42,568 nt of DNA from a bacterium (GCA_021779255.1 JAJYBC010000003.1:1-42568); one strand, 5' to 3'; numbered from the stretch's first letter, positions 1 to 10,554 are shown. The notes: generated by a model not told the origin, from the letters alone. A program made the numbers and translations.

Positions 1-95
1 CTTTCATTAATTTTACTTTTTCCTTATTAATGTACGCCTTTGACAGAAGAATCAACTCAGAAAAAGTTAGAAGAAATGAGGGGATTTTATTATAA
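1..95 (+). CDS. 3' end of an upstream gene, truncated by the window edge
   Basis: Open frame from base 3 (FINFTFSLLMYAFDRRINSEKVRRNEGILL) ending TAA at 93-95, 13 bp before the next ATG. Confidence 0.5.
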   Translation, partial: FINFTFSLLMYAFDRRINSEKVRRNEGILL

Positions 96-108
96 ATTAT
101 CAAAAACA

Positions 109-1128
109 ATGAAATCAGAAAAAATCAAAATTTTAATAGTCGGTTTTGGATTAATTGGACAAGAAAGATTCAAGAGTATTACAAATTTAAAGAAAAAAGG
201 AAGAAATATAGAACTTATCGGCGTTTTTGATCCCTTTTTTAAAGATCAAGATAAGTTTATCAAAGAACATAAAATTAATTTTGTTGATAACTTAAAATCT
301 GGTTTCGAATTAAATCCTGACTGGGTTTTTGTGGCCACCCCTCATGACGATGCCGTAAAAATCACAAAAATAGCTTTGAAGAAAGACTTCAACGTTTTAG
401 TAGAGAAGCCTTTAGGCAGAAATTACAAAGAAGCTATGGAGGTTTTTAAATGTGTTGAAAGAAAAGATCAGCTTTGGGTAGGCTTCAACTATCGTTTTTT
501 TGAAGGAATAAATCAAGCCCTAAGAGATCTTCAAAAAGGAAAGTTTGGTAACTTAATCTCCATCAATATTTTAATGGGGCATGGGGGAAAACCGGAAGAT
601 AAACAAACTTGGAAATTAGATCCCATAAAAGCTGGTGGGGGATGTTTAATCGACCCAGGAATACATTTATTGGATATTTGCTCTTTAATATTTAATCATC
701 AAATCGAAATTCAGTCGGGACTTCAGTGGAAAGGCTTTTGGAAAACCGGCATCGAAGAAGAAACTCATTTTTTATTCAAATCCAAAAACGCTATTATAAA
801 TTTTCAAGTTTCGGTTGTTAAATGGAGAAGTACTTTTAGAATGGAAATAAACGGTGATAAAGGTTATGGAATTATTAACGGCAGAAATCGCAGCTACGGT
901 GAACAAAAATATATCACAGGGGAAAGATGGGGTTGGCAAAAAGGAGGTAAACAGGATGAATCAGAAAAGATTGTCTGCATTGCAGCCAATGAGGATTCTT
1001 TTGAGAAAGAAATTGATGCTTTACTTTTTGCGAAAAAGGCTAAGAATGAAATTAAACCTTGTTCCGGTAAAGAAGCGGTTGCTTTAATGAAACTGTTAGA
1101 TGATTGTCGAGAAATGCTAAAAAAATAA
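109..1128 (+). CDS. Gfo/Idh/MocA family oxidoreductase
   Basis: N-terminal IVGFGLIG Rossmann motif, VLVEKP, GFNYRF and GGGCLIDPGIHLLD motifs. ATG at 109 preferred over TTG at 40 because it avoids overlap with the upstream gene. Confidence 0.88.
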   Translation: MKSEKIKILIVGFGLIGQERFKSITNLKKKGRNIELIGVFDPFFKDQDKFIKEHKINFVDNLKSGFELNPDWVFVATPHDDAVKITKIALKKDFNVLVEKPLGRNYKEAMEVFKCVERKDQLWVGFNYRFFEGINQALRDLQKGKFGNLISINILMGHGGKPEDKQTWKLDPIKAGGGCLIDPGIHLLDICSLIFNHQIEIQSGLQWKGFWKTGIEEETHFLFKSKNAIINFQVSVVKWRSTFRMEINGDKGYGIINGRNRSYGEQKYITGERWGWQKGGKQDESEKIVCIAANEDSFEKEIDALLFAKKAKNEIKPCSGKEAVALMKLLDDCREMLKK

Positions 1129-1145
1129 TTTAATTCTTACAATTT

Positions 1146-1937
1146 ATGAAAATTAAAAATCATAAAACGATTCTCATTACTGGTGGAACAGGAGGTATCG
1201 GAAGCGAAATTGTAAAATATTTATTGAGAAAATCAAGTTATAGAGTAATTGTTTGTGGAAGAGATTTAAAAAAGTTTAAAATCCTAGAGAACTTAGCCGA
1301 TAAAGAAAAAGGACAACTTACCTTTTTAAAAATTGATTTTTCAAATCCAAAGTCTATTCAAAAGGCGCTTGGAAAAATCAAAAATGTAGATATATTAATA
1401 AATGCAGCCGCTGTGTTGTGGCCAGTTAAACCTTTTGTAAAAACAGACTTACAAGAGATCGAGAAATCTTTAAGAATTTCTTTTTGGGGAATCATTTACA
1501 CTTGCTATTACCTGCTTCCGATCTTAAAAAAGTCTAAAAACGCTAAGATAATTAATTTCAGTGGCGGAGGAGGAGCTAATGGTAGAAAAGATCATATGGC
1601 TTATGGTCTTTCTAAAACAGCTTTGATCAGATTTACCGAAAATCTAGCTATGGAAAATCCAGAGATAGATATAAATATTATCGCTCCTGGAGCTCACAAA
1701 ACGAACATATGGTGTGATGAAAAATGTGAATCTGAACCGAAAAAATGGGGAAACATGCAGGAATTACTTGATTTTATTGATTTTTTGATAAGTAAAAAAT
1801 CAAACGGCATATCAGGTAAATTTCTCAACTACAGAGATGATTGGAAAAATGGAAGCTTCACCAAAAAAGCAAAAAAAGATAGTGATTTTTTAACTTTAAG
1901 AAGAATTGATGATTTTCAATTTACTAAGATTAAATAA
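1146..1937 (+). CDS. SDR family NAD(P)-dependent oxidoreductase
   Basis: ITGGTGGIG, DILINAA and catalytic YxxxK (YGLSK). Confidence 0.9.
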   Translation: MKIKNHKTILITGGTGGIGSEIVKYLLRKSSYRVIVCGRDLKKFKILENLADKEKGQLTFLKIDFSNPKSIQKALGKIKNVDILINAAAVLWPVKPFVKTDLQEIEKSLRISFWGIIYTCYYLLPILKKSKNAKIINFSGGGGANGRKDHMAYGLSKTALIRFTENLAMENPEIDINIIAPGAHKTNIWCDEKCESEPKKWGNMQELLDFIDFLISKKSNGISGKFLNYRDDWKNGSFTKKAKKDSDFLTLRRIDDFQFTKIK

Positions 1938-1960
1938 TTTTATTTCAATAATAAATTAAA

Positions 1961-2701
1961 ATGTTTTTAAAAAAAACTAGAAAAACAGTCACTTCTTGGC
2001 CAAAAAAAATTCCCGAAATAACTTCTGAGCAAAAAGTAATCAATGATGATTGGCAGAAGTATTTTCATAAAATAAATAAAAAAAAATTTTCAAACATAGT
2101 TGATTGGGGACATAAATATATTATTAAAAATTCACCTACAATATTTACTCACACTCTTGAAATCGGTCCTGGACTAGGAGAACACTTGAAATATGAAAAA
2201 TTGTCTGAAAAACAAAAAAATAACTACATAGGAATAGAATTAAGAGAAAATATGGCAAAAGAAATTAAAAAAAATTATCCCTTTGTTAAAATTTTAGTAG
2301 GAGATTGTCAAAAAAATATTGATTATCCAAATAACTATTTCGACAGAATAATAGCAATTCATCTTCTTGAACATTTGCCAAACTTACCGATGTTTTTAAC
2401 ACAAGCCCATAGACTACTTTCAGATCGAGGAACTTTACAAATTATTATTCCATGCGAGGGTGGTCTTGGTTATACTATTGGAAGAAACTTAACGACAAAA
2501 AAAATGTTTGAGAAAAGATATAAAGTCCCTTATAAAGATTTTATAGACTATGAACATGTTAACAAAGCGAAAGAGATACTAGCAGAAATTGAAAAATATT
2601 TTATAGTCAAAAACAGAAAATTTTATCCACTTAAAATTCCTATTATTGCTACTAATCTAATTATTGGGTTAACACTGTCAAAAAAAATGCTCAATTCCTA
2701 A
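1961..2701 (+). CDS. Class I SAM-dependent methyltransferase
   Basis: LEIGPGLG motif I and FDRIIAIHLLEHL post-II motif. Confidence 0.85.
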   Translation: MFLKKTRKTVTSWPKKIPEITSEQKVINDDWQKYFHKINKKKFSNIVDWGHKYIIKNSPTIFTHTLEIGPGLGEHLKYEKLSEKQKNNYIGIELRENMAKEIKKNYPFVKILVGDCQKNIDYPNNYFDRIIAIHLLEHLPNLPMFLTQAHRLLSDRGTLQIIIPCEGGLGYTIGRNLTTKKMFEKRYKVPYKDFIDYEHVNKAKEILAEIEKYFIVKNRKFYPLKIPIIATNLIIGLTLSKKMLNS

Positions 2702-2764
2702 TGTTAGTATTATTTAAAATTTTTTGTTATATAAAATATTTGTTTTTAAATTTATTATTAGAGT

Positions 2765-4537
2765 ATGAATAAAATTTTAAGTAAAAGAGAAAGTAATAAC
2801 AGTTTATCCCTAAAAACAAATTTTTTAGGCTTCCCAGTTTGGCTTTGGATGATTTTTTTATTTTTAGCCCTTATCAAATTATGGCTGGTAAGCGAACAAT
2901 CGCTAACAGCTTATGGAGACGCCGGTCATGACGACAAGTTATTTATCAATTTAGCTAATAATATTTTATCATTTCAATGGCTTGGGGAATATAGTCAAAT
3001 GACTCTCATGAAAGGCCCTTTTTATCCTATGTGGATTGCTTTTAGTCACTTTTTAGGAATCCCCCTTTTAGTCTCTCAACATTTTTTATATATTGATGCC
3101 TGTCTTTTACTTATCATAAGTTTAAGATCATTTTTATCATCAAAACCATTTTTTACTATCTTTTCTTACGCAATCATTCTTTTCAATCCTGCCAGTTACG
3201 CAGACGGAATATCTAATAGGGTAATCCGAGAGGGAATTTATTCTTCATTAACTTTATTAGTCATTGCCTTCGCTTTTGGTTTGTTTCTGAGGTTTCTCTC
3301 AAAAGAGAAAAATACCTATTTATGGTCAATTGGACTTGGTATTTCTTTATCTTGTTTCTGGCTAACTCGAGAAGAGGGTATTTGGATAGTTCCATTACTC
3401 ATAATAATTTTTATATATTTATTAATAATAATATTCATAAAATACAGAAAGAAAGAAAAAGGAATAGTATCAGATTTAATAATAATCTTCTTACCTTTTT
3501 TTATCTTGGGATCCTCTCTCTCAATAGTTTCTCTTGTCAATTATATGCACTATGGAATTCTCAATACTGTTGAATTTAAAAACAAAGATTTTTTAAGAGC
3601 GTATGGGTCTTTAACTAGAATAGAAAATTCAAATTGGAAACAGTACGTACCTGTCTTAAAAAAAACTAGAATGATGGCATACGAGGTAAGCCCAAAATTT
3701 GCCGAATTGGAACCATATCTTGAAGGTGATTTGGGAAGTGGTTGGGCTAGCAATGCACAAAAGAATCCCCAAACTCGTAATATCGACCCTTCCGAAATTG
3801 CTGGGGGATGGTTTATGTGGGCCTTTAGAGATGCGGTTGCTTTGGCAGGACACTATAAAAATGGAAAAGAAACCATGAATTTCTATAAACAAATGGCTGG
3901 TGAAATAGATAGTGCTTGCGATAATGGAAAACTTGACTGCCTAAGCAACAACCAGTCAATGACACCTCACTGGCGCAATGAGTATTTTAGCCAATTAGTT
4001 CCTTGCTATGTGGACACCGCTAAACGAACTTTTTTCTTCAGTAATATGAGGTCTGTGTCTAGTCCTAGTGCGGGAGAAAAATCTTCCCTAAGATTATTTC
4101 AAAATATAACGAATGAGCCTATTGAATTAGTTGTAGACCAACAATCGTTAGACTTACTTAAAGAAAAAGCCTCTAAAAATATTAACAATGACAAATCACC
4201 TAATTTTAAAATAAAAATTCTTGGATTTATTAAGAATTTATACACTTATACATTTTCACCATTTTTGATTATATCTATTGTTATATTATTTTATAAAATA
4301 TTTACAAGAAGAATGAAAGATAATGATTTGACCCTGATTATATTGTCATTTGCTCTTATCTTGATTGTAATCTTACGAATATTAATAATAACTCTCATCG
4401 TCGTGACTTCTTTTCCTGCCGTGGATATTCTTTATACTTCTCCTCTCTACCCCCCTCTCTTAATCTTTTTGTTATTACCACTTCTTTTTGATTTACAAAG
4501 AAAATCCACTAAAAAAGACGAGAGTCTCTCATATTAA
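2765..4537 (+). CDS. Polytopic membrane protein, probable GT-C glycosyl/modification transferase
   Basis: Many TM segments, DD in the first external loop (GHDD), KGPFYP and LTREE motifs, large external loop; glycan-cluster context. Confidence 0.55.
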   Translation: MNKILSKRESNNSLSLKTNFLGFPVWLWMIFLFLALIKLWLVSEQSLTAYGDAGHDDKLFINLANNILSFQWLGEYSQMTLMKGPFYPMWIAFSHFLGIPLLVSQHFLYIDACLLLIISLRSFLSSKPFFTIFSYAIILFNPASYADGISNRVIREGIYSSLTLLVIAFAFGLFLRFLSKEKNTYLWSIGLGISLSCFWLTREEGIWIVPLLIIIFIYLLIIIFIKYRKKEKGIVSDLIIIFLPFFILGSSLSIVSLVNYMHYGILNTVEFKNKDFLRAYGSLTRIENSNWKQYVPVLKKTRMMAYEVSPKFAELEPYLEGDLGSGWASNAQKNPQTRNIDPSEIAGGWFMWAFRDAVALAGHYKNGKETMNFYKQMAGEIDSACDNGKLDCLSNNQSMTPHWRNEYFSQLVPCYVDTAKRTFFFSNMRSVSSPSAGEKSSLRLFQNITNEPIELVVDQQSLDLLKEKASKNINNDKSPNFKIKILGFIKNLYTYTFSPFLIISIVILFYKIFTRRMKDNDLTLIILSFALILIVILRILIITLIVVTSFPAVDILYTSPLYPPLLIFLLLPLLFDLQRKSTKKDESLSY

Positions 4538-4590
4538 AGACTTTTTTAAACAAAAAAACAATAGTCATAATTTTTAGTTTTCAGATATAT

Positions 4591-5961
4591 TCATCTATTG
4601 TAATCAAATATTCTTTTTAGCAGAGCTGCTAGTCCTCTCTTTTTAAGAATTGTGGCGGACATCTTTAAAAAATAAACTATGTTTTTATTTTTAATAATAT
4701 TAACATTATCTGCATTTTTTTCTATCTTTTTTGATTCAAAAAGTAATTTTCTATCAGGGGAAATTTCCCCTGATTTTATAAATTTTGCTAAATCTTTTGT
4801 GATTACATCCCAGTAAAATTCTTTTTTTATTTTTCGGATATTGTTTTTTAACTGATCAATTTTATACCTTTGGTTGTATAATTCATCAATGTTTTTAACA
4901 ATTTCATTTTGCGTATTTTCGTTAAGCAATATTGCAGCTTCATTTTTTGCTAAATATTCTGTCGCTTCATCTCCGCCCGTTGAAATAATAGGTACTTCGC
5001 CCCAAATAAAATCTATTATCCGCGTTCTCCATGAATAAATCGTTTCCCTTGTTTTGTGATGCAAGTTTATTACAATATCAGCTTCGAGATACCAATTATT
5101 TCTTTCTTCGTATGGTATCCAATCCACAAAAAAGATATTTTTATTGAGCATTTTTTCTTTTTTTGCAAACTCACAGGCAAAATCATATTGTTGCATAAAA
5201 TCTTTTTCAGTTACGAAGGGATTTTTTCCTCCCAAAATAACCAATTTTATATCTGAATGAATAGAAGACAATTTTTTTACCGCATTTAAAAGCGGTTTTA
5301 TATCAAACCAAGGATAAAGTCCCCCAAACCAAAGTATCATAAAATCTTCTTTCTTCATTAGGACTTCTTTACAAACTTTTTTCGTATGCAGCAACGGTTG
5401 TTCATGAATCCCATAAGGAACAACATCCAATATCTTCGTATCAAATGTTTTTGGATTTATTCTTCCCATTACACTTAAAGCTCCCATGTAAAAATGATAT
5501 TGGGCTTCACTCGCACAAAGAAAATAATCTCCTCGAGGAAATGCCTTATTCCAACGCACTAAATCATTTAAGTATTGATCATGTTCAACAATCAGTCCTT
5601 TTATTTTACGAGCTAGCACTTCAATATATATAGGAACATAAAGATCGATAATAAGTTGTTTTTCTTTACCAACATTGTTTGCCACAAATTCCATAAGGTC
5701 ACCATGCGAATAAGGTATATAGACAGAATCATAACAAGAAACAAGTTCTACAAGATTACTAAAACTCCAATAGCATATTTTTACTCCCGATTTGTGATTT
5801 TTCTTATTAAGCTTATATCTCTCAGAGATAGCAATCGTTACATCTATTCCATTTTTTTTTAAACCTTGTGCTAACCCCCAAGATCTTAGTCCACCGCCTT
5901 CAACTATTGAATTCTTCGAAATAGGCACTGGACCTACAGAAATTATGAGAAGTTTTTTCAT
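4591..5961 (-). CDS. Glycosyltransferase (GT-B, family 4-like)
   Basis: MKKLLIIS start, GGGLRSWGLA, ILWFGGLYPWFD and SWRTRIIDFIWGEVPIISTGGD. Start moved to the ATG at 5961. Confidence 0.8.
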   Translation of the reverse strand: MKKLLIISVGPVPISKNSIVEGGGLRSWGLAQGLKKNGIDVTIAISERYKLNKKNHKSGVKICYWSFSNLVELVSCYDSVYIPYSHGDLMEFVANNVGKEKQLIIDLYVPIYIEVLARKIKGLIVEHDQYLNDLVRWNKAFPRGDYFLCASEAQYHFYMGALSVMGRINPKTFDTKILDVVPYGIHEQPLLHTKKVCKEVLMKKEDFMILWFGGLYPWFDIKPLLNAVKKLSSIHSDIKLVILGGKNPFVTEKDFMQQYDFACEFAKKEKMLNKNIFFVDWIPYEERNNWYLEADIVINLHHKTRETIYSWRTRIIDFIWGEVPIISTGGDEATEYLAKNEAAILLNENTQNEIVKNIDELYNQRYKIDQLKNNIRKIKKEFYWDVITKDLAKFIKSGEISPDRKLLFESKKIEKNADNVNIIKNKNIVYFLKMSATILKKRGLAALLKRIFDYNR

Positions 5962-5981
5962 TTTTTTTGCAATAAAATTTT

Positions 5982-6920
5982 TTATGTTAATTTTCCTATC
6001 CACTCCCAAGTTTTTTTGATTCCTTGCTCTAAAGTTATTTTAGGTCCAAAGCCTAATTCTTCCTGAATTCTGGCAACATCCAGCACAATGCTTCTGACGT
6101 CCGCTTTTCTTTGTGATAATCTATTGGTTTTTATTCTTTTTCGAGTGATTTTTTTAATCGTCTCTATCAATTCATTGATAGAGACTCCTTCGCCACTGCC
6201 AATATTGTAAACTCGATATTTATTTTTGGATCTAAAAGACAAATTGACCAGATTATCGATTGCATCATCAACAAAAATATAATCTCGGATGTTTTGACCA
6301 TCACCAAAAATACTGATTGGCTGGTTGTTTTTAATTAAATTAAGAAAAATAGGAATAATTCCTTGGTTGCCTATCACATTTTGATGTGGTCCGTAAGGAT
6401 TGGAAATACGGGCAATTAGATAGTCTAGACCTTTTGCGATTCGATAATATTCCAAATATTTTTCAATGGCCATTTTAGAAATGGCATAAGGAGAAATAGG
6501 ACAAAGAGCATCTTCTTCGCTATATTTTTTCTTTTTTTGATCACCATAAATCGCTCCGCCTGAGGACGGATAAATAATTTTTTTAACTTTAGCTTTTACA
6601 CATTCTTCAAGAAGGTTAATTGTCCCTCGGAGATTAGTGTCAATATCAATCAGGGGATCGCTCATAGAAGATCCGGGGGTCGTAAAAGAGACAAAATGAA
6701 AGACATAATCAATTCCTTGAAGAGCTTTTCTTAAATCGTCTTTATTGAGAAAATTACCTTGAAAAATCTCTATTTTTTTTCTAACCAATTCCAAATTTTG
6801 AGAGGCTCCATCTTTAAACAAATCGAAAGCCCTAACCTCGTTCTTTTTATCTTTAAGTAAAGCAAAGACCAGATTACTTCCCAAAAATCCGTCCGCTCCC
6901 AAAATTAAAATTTTTTTCAT
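5982..6920 (-). CDS. NAD-dependent epimerase/dehydratase (UDP-glucose 4-epimerase-like)
   Basis: ILGADGFLG, SSGGAIYG, YAISK, RISNPYGP and RDYIFVDD. Confidence 0.92.
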   Translation of the reverse strand: MKKILILGADGFLGSNLVFALLKDKKNEVRAFDLFKDGASQNLELVRKKIEIFQGNFLNKDDLRKALQGIDYVFHFVSFTTPGSSMSDPLIDIDTNLRGTINLLEECVKAKVKKIIYPSSGGAIYGDQKKKKYSEEDALCPISPYAISKMAIEKYLEYYRIAKGLDYLIARISNPYGPHQNVIGNQGIIPIFLNLIKNNQPISIFGDGQNIRDYIFVDDAIDNLVNLSFRSKNKYRVYNIGSGEGVSINELIETIKKITRKRIKTNRLSQRKADVRSIVLDVARIQEELGFGPKITLEQGIKKTWEWIGKLT

Positions 6921-9106
6921 AATGATACTTTTTTTATAATTTTTAGTAATTCCCTAGATGCTTTTTCAACATCATGTCTTTCTAGGACCTTTTTAGCAGC
7001 ATTACCCCCTAATTTTTGAACGATATTTTTGTTTTGAGCAAGAAAAATTATTTTTTCAGCTACTTTCTCTACGTCAAGATATGGTATTACAAACCCACAA
7101 TCTTGTCCAACAAATTCAGGCATTCCTCCAGCAAGATCAAAACAAATAATGGGTTTTTTAAATAAAGCCGCCTGAAGACAAACAAGTGGGTAAGGATCTT
7201 CTCTAGAAGAAAGCAAAAATACATCTATCAAATAAAAATAATCAACCTTGTACTCAACAAAAAATATTTTATTTTTTAATTTCATCTTTTTTATGTCCTG
7301 TAAAACCCTTTCGAACTCTGCGTTATCGGTTCCTCCAATCCAAAGAAAAACAATAGGTAAATCAGATTTTTGTTTTACTAAATACGCAATTTGAGGATAA
7401 AGATCTAACCCCTTACGCCATTCAAGCGTTCCAGAAGCACCAACAACGAAAGCATTCTTTGGTATATCGAGGTCTCTTTCTAGACTGTCTCTACTACAAA
7501 AATTCTGGTTCTTTAAAAATTCGGATGTAGGTATATAGTCATGAACCAAAGCTATTTTGTCCTTAGCTATTTTATGATTATTTCTAAGATTTTCCACAAC
7601 AGATTGTGAGCTACCGATATAAAGATCCACAAGTTTTGACACTCTCGTGAACATTGTTTTGTCGCAAAAATAATTTATAGTGTTCGCTAACTCGTGTATA
7701 TAGTTAATTACTGGTAAATCTAAAAATTTTTTTATTTCCAGTATTGTTTTGCAACTTGCGACAGAATTTGCAAAAATTAAATCAAAATTTTGCTTAAGTA
7801 ATAACTTTATAAGATAATTTTTACCAACTACTTTTCTTAAACCGAGATACTTTATCAAATAATAGATTGGTCTAGGATAAATTGAATTCTGCTTATTTAT
7901 TAAATGCATATCTTTCATACAATAAGTTGGTGCTATATCTTCAAACTCATTTTTAATTTCTCCACCATCTTGAAGTAAAATTGAGAATTTTATATTCGTA
8001 TTTGCTTTCAGCCAACGTAAAAAATATAAAAGTACAATAGGTGCACCCGACTTTGAGGCATCGTGGCTAATAAAAAGAATTTTTCTTGATTGGTTAAAAT
8101 TTTCTTGTTTTACAAATATATTTTTTATTTTTAGAAATTTATCCCTAATTCTCCAAAAAATAGACAACTTCATTCTTCTAATTTCTTTATTTTTGTCTTT
8201 CAAATTTTTATCGAGGTTAGCAATCTCTTTGTTTTTTAAATGAATAACTTCTTTCAAATTTTTATCGAGGTTAGCAATCTCTTTGTTTTTTAAATGAATA
8301 ACTTCTTTCAAATTTTTATCGAGGTTAGCAATCTCTTTGTTTTTTAAATGAATAACTTCTTTCAAATTTTTATCGAGGTTAGCAATCTCTTTGTTTTTTA
8401 AATGAAGAGCATCCAACTCAATATTCAATTGATAATTTTTTCCATCTTCACTTAAAAAAGCGTATTTTCTTTGCATTTCGGATTCGCCTTTAAGTAAATT
8501 TTCATATTTTTTATTGTCCAACAAAATAACGCCCAGTCCAAAAGAATGATGGAACTCGACAGATTTATATTTCTTTTTTAACTCTTCCCAAAATTTATAA
8601 ACCCCAAAATCGTTTTCACTAACAAAAACATCATGGAACATAATTACTCCATCTTTTTTAACTTTTGGCAACCAACTTTCAAAATCGTGTTTAACGGCTT
8701 CATAGGTGTGAAGGCCATCAATATGAAGCAGATCGATTGATTGATCGGCAAAATCCGTCAAAGCTTTGTCGAAAGTTTTTCGGACTAAATTGATTTTTAA
8801 ATCCGGATAATATTTTTGTTGAATTTTTTTTACTCCTTCAAAAACTTCTTCGCCATAAAAACCAGCGTGTTTTTCGCCCTGCCAAGTGTCGACAGCAGAA
8901 ATTTCCGAGTTTATTTCTCCGTCCTTGACCGCTTGAGCAAAAGACCAAAGGGAAGTGCCCTTGTGAGTGCCAAGTTCAACAATAACTTCGGGCTTAAAAT
9001 TCCGCACAAAGTCATAAGCAAAATTCTTATGACCTGACCATGGCCAGCCAGTGTCGGCAAAGATTTCTTCGTATTCAAATTTTGGATCGTGGTATTGAAA
9101 AGACAT
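6917..9106 (-). CDS. Methyltransferase (Methyltransf_24-like) - coiled coil - GT4 glycosyltransferase fusion
   Basis: VELGTHKGTS, IDLLHIDGLHTYEAV and FHD in the N-terminal part; central 18-aa repeats; C-terminal SHDASKSGAP, RKGLD and SREDPYPLVCLQA. Confidence 0.85.
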   Translation of the reverse strand: MSFQYHDPKFEYEEIFADTGWPWSGHKNFAYDFVRNFKPEVIVELGTHKGTSLWSFAQAVKDGEINSEISAVDTWQGEKHAGFYGEEVFEGVKKIQQKYYPDLKINLVRKTFDKALTDFADQSIDLLHIDGLHTYEAVKHDFESWLPKVKKDGVIMFHDVFVSENDFGVYKFWEELKKKYKSVEFHHSFGLGVILLDNKKYENLLKGESEMQRKYAFLSEDGKNYQLNIELDALHLKNKEIANLDKNLKEVIHLKNKEIANLDKNLKEVIHLKNKEIANLDKNLKEVIHLKNKEIANLDKNLKDKNKEIRRMKLSIFWRIRDKFLKIKNIFVKQENFNQSRKILFISHDASKSGAPIVLLYFLRWLKANTNIKFSILLQDGGEIKNEFEDIAPTYCMKDMHLINKQNSIYPRPIYYLIKYLGLRKVVGKNYLIKLLLKQNFDLIFANSVASCKTILEIKKFLDLPVINYIHELANTINYFCDKTMFTRVSKLVDLYIGSSQSVVENLRNNHKIAKDKIALVHDYIPTSEFLKNQNFCSRDSLERDLDIPKNAFVVGASGTLEWRKGLDLYPQIAYLVKQKSDLPIVFLWIGGTDNAEFERVLQDIKKMKLKNKIFFVEYKVDYFYLIDVFLLSSREDPYPLVCLQAALFKKPIICFDLAGGMPEFVGQDCGFVIPYLDVEKVAEKIIFLAQNKNIVQKLGGNAAKKVLERHDVEKASRELLKIIKKVSL
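8196..8406. repeat. Perfect 54-bp tandem repeat, about 3.9 copies, encoding (HLKNKEIANLDKNLKEVI)n
   Basis: CTTTCAAATTTTTATCGAGG recurs at 8197, 8251, 8305 and 8359. Confidence 0.97.
9014..9106. repeat. 93-bp direct repeat, copy 1 (5' end of the methyltransferase-GT gene)
   Basis: 88/93 identical to 10558-10650 by manual alignment. Confidence 0.95.
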
Positions 9107-9123
9107 GTCTTTATTCTAGCTTA

Positions 9124-10545
9124 TTAATTTGAAATCTCCCAATAACCGCCCTTGTCGGGGCCAATGCGTTTTAGAAGGTTTTTTTGCTTGAGTTTTTCAA
9201 TATTGTTCCTAATATTTTTTTCATTTATTCCAATTTTCTCGCTCAATTTCCTCTGGGTTATCAGCGGATTTTTTCTTATTTGCTCAATAATTTTTTTTTG
9301 ACTCGTTGATAATTTTTCTAGGTCTTTTTCTAGGTCTTTTTCTAGGTCTTTTTCTAGGTCTTTTTCTAGGTCTTTTTCTAGGTCTTTTTCTAGGACACTG
9401 TGAACAATCACATCAAAACCGCTTGAATTTTCATTTATTTCCGGTTCCGGTAATCCGTATTCTTTGATTTGGTCAATTGCTCTTTTAACGCCACTTCCGT
9501 ATCTTTCAATCAAACCGCAATCACGAAAAATTTCGGCAACAGATTTGTTTCTAGGAAAAGATTTTTTATTACCTCTTTTTATATCTTCCATCGTTAATTC
9601 TTGAGGAATTTCTCCAACATTCCAAAAGATGATTTTATCAGGATAAATTTTAAATTGCGAATGAGTGCCTTCTCTGTAATCTCGATGAACAACTGCATTT
9701 ATGATAATTTCTCGCAAAGCTTCAATCGGATATTGCCAACGCTCCTCTCTTCTGGGATTACCGGTGAAAATATATTCCTTCAGAATATAGCTTTTAATAA
9801 AGTCTAGAACCTCTTCGACTTCCGTGACCAAGTCATTTCTTATCACTTTACTCTTTTTGATAATTGTATCCGTTTGAAATAGTCCAATTTGAATGTCAGT
9901 TTGACGAAGAGGATTTTTTGAAAAAAGAAGTAAACTGGCAAAAGTAGGATATTCCTTGCCTTTTTCCTCGACAATTAAAGAATATTTTCGTAAAAAACTT
10001 AAGTTATCCCCCAATTTTGTTTCTAGATTTTCTTCAATCAAATTTTTTATTTTGAATATTTTCTCTTGGTCAAGATCGTTCAATTTAGAATCTTTATCGG
10101 GATAAAAATCCCAACTAGAATTTTTTGTTTTTAAATATATATCAGCAACTTCCTGCAAAGATAAAATATGATTACTATTATTTTTTCTTATAAAATAACG
10201 ATTTTTAAAAGAAACTGGTTTTAAAGGAAACTCCATAATTTCCAAAATCGCTATTTTTCTATTATTTAAGTTGGATATTTCAATTTCTACATTTAGTCTC
10301 GGATAGGTTTTATTTTTTATTTCATTCAACCATTTTTGGACGCTTTCTCTGCTTATTTTTATACCAATTATTTTTCCCTTATTATTTACTCCCAAAATAA
10401 TTTTTCCGCCTTTACGATTAGCAAAAGCCACCAGTGTTTCAATCACTTCGTCACAAAAACTTTCCTTAAATTCTATATTATAGCCCTCACCTTGGCTTAT
10501 TAAGAATAACAGTTCTTTTTTCAATTCCTCGTCTATTTTTTTCAT
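9124..10545 (-). CDS. Schlafen/AlbA_2 domain - HATPase_c_4 - winged HTH protein (RecG C-terminal-like family)
   Basis: GEGYNIEFKES..VAFANRKGG (AlbA_2), ALREIIINAVVHRDY, PRN..AEIF..GLIERYGSG, C-terminal wHTH ending GPDKGGYWEI. Confidence 0.85.
   Translation of the reverse strand: MKKIDEELKKELLFLISQGEGYNIEFKESFCDEVIETLVAFANRKGGKIILGVNNKGKIIGIKISRESVQKWLNEIKNKTYPRLNVEIEISNLNNRKIAILEIMEFPLKPVSFKNRYFIRKNNSNHILSLQEVADIYLKTKNSSWDFYPDKDSKLNDLDQEKIFKIKNLIEENLETKLGDNLSFLRKYSLIVEEKGKEYPTFASLLLFSKNPLRQTDIQIGLFQTDTIIKKSKVIRNDLVTEVEEVLDFIKSYILKEYIFTGNPRREERWQYPIEALREIIINAVVHRDYREGTHSQFKIYPDKIIFWNVGEIPQELTMEDIKRGNKKSFPRNKSVAEIFRDCGLIERYGSGVKRAIDQIKEYGLPEPEINENSSGFDVIVHSVLEKDLEKDLEKDLEKDLEKDLEKDLEKLSTSQKKIIEQIRKNPLITQRKLSEKIGINEKNIRNNIEKLKQKNLLKRIGPDKGGYWEISN
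9313..9394. repeat. 12-bp tandem repeat TTTTTCTAGGTC, about 6.8 copies, encoding (LEKD)n
   Basis: Read directly from the sequence. Confidence 0.97.
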
Positions 10546-10554
10546 AAATAAATT

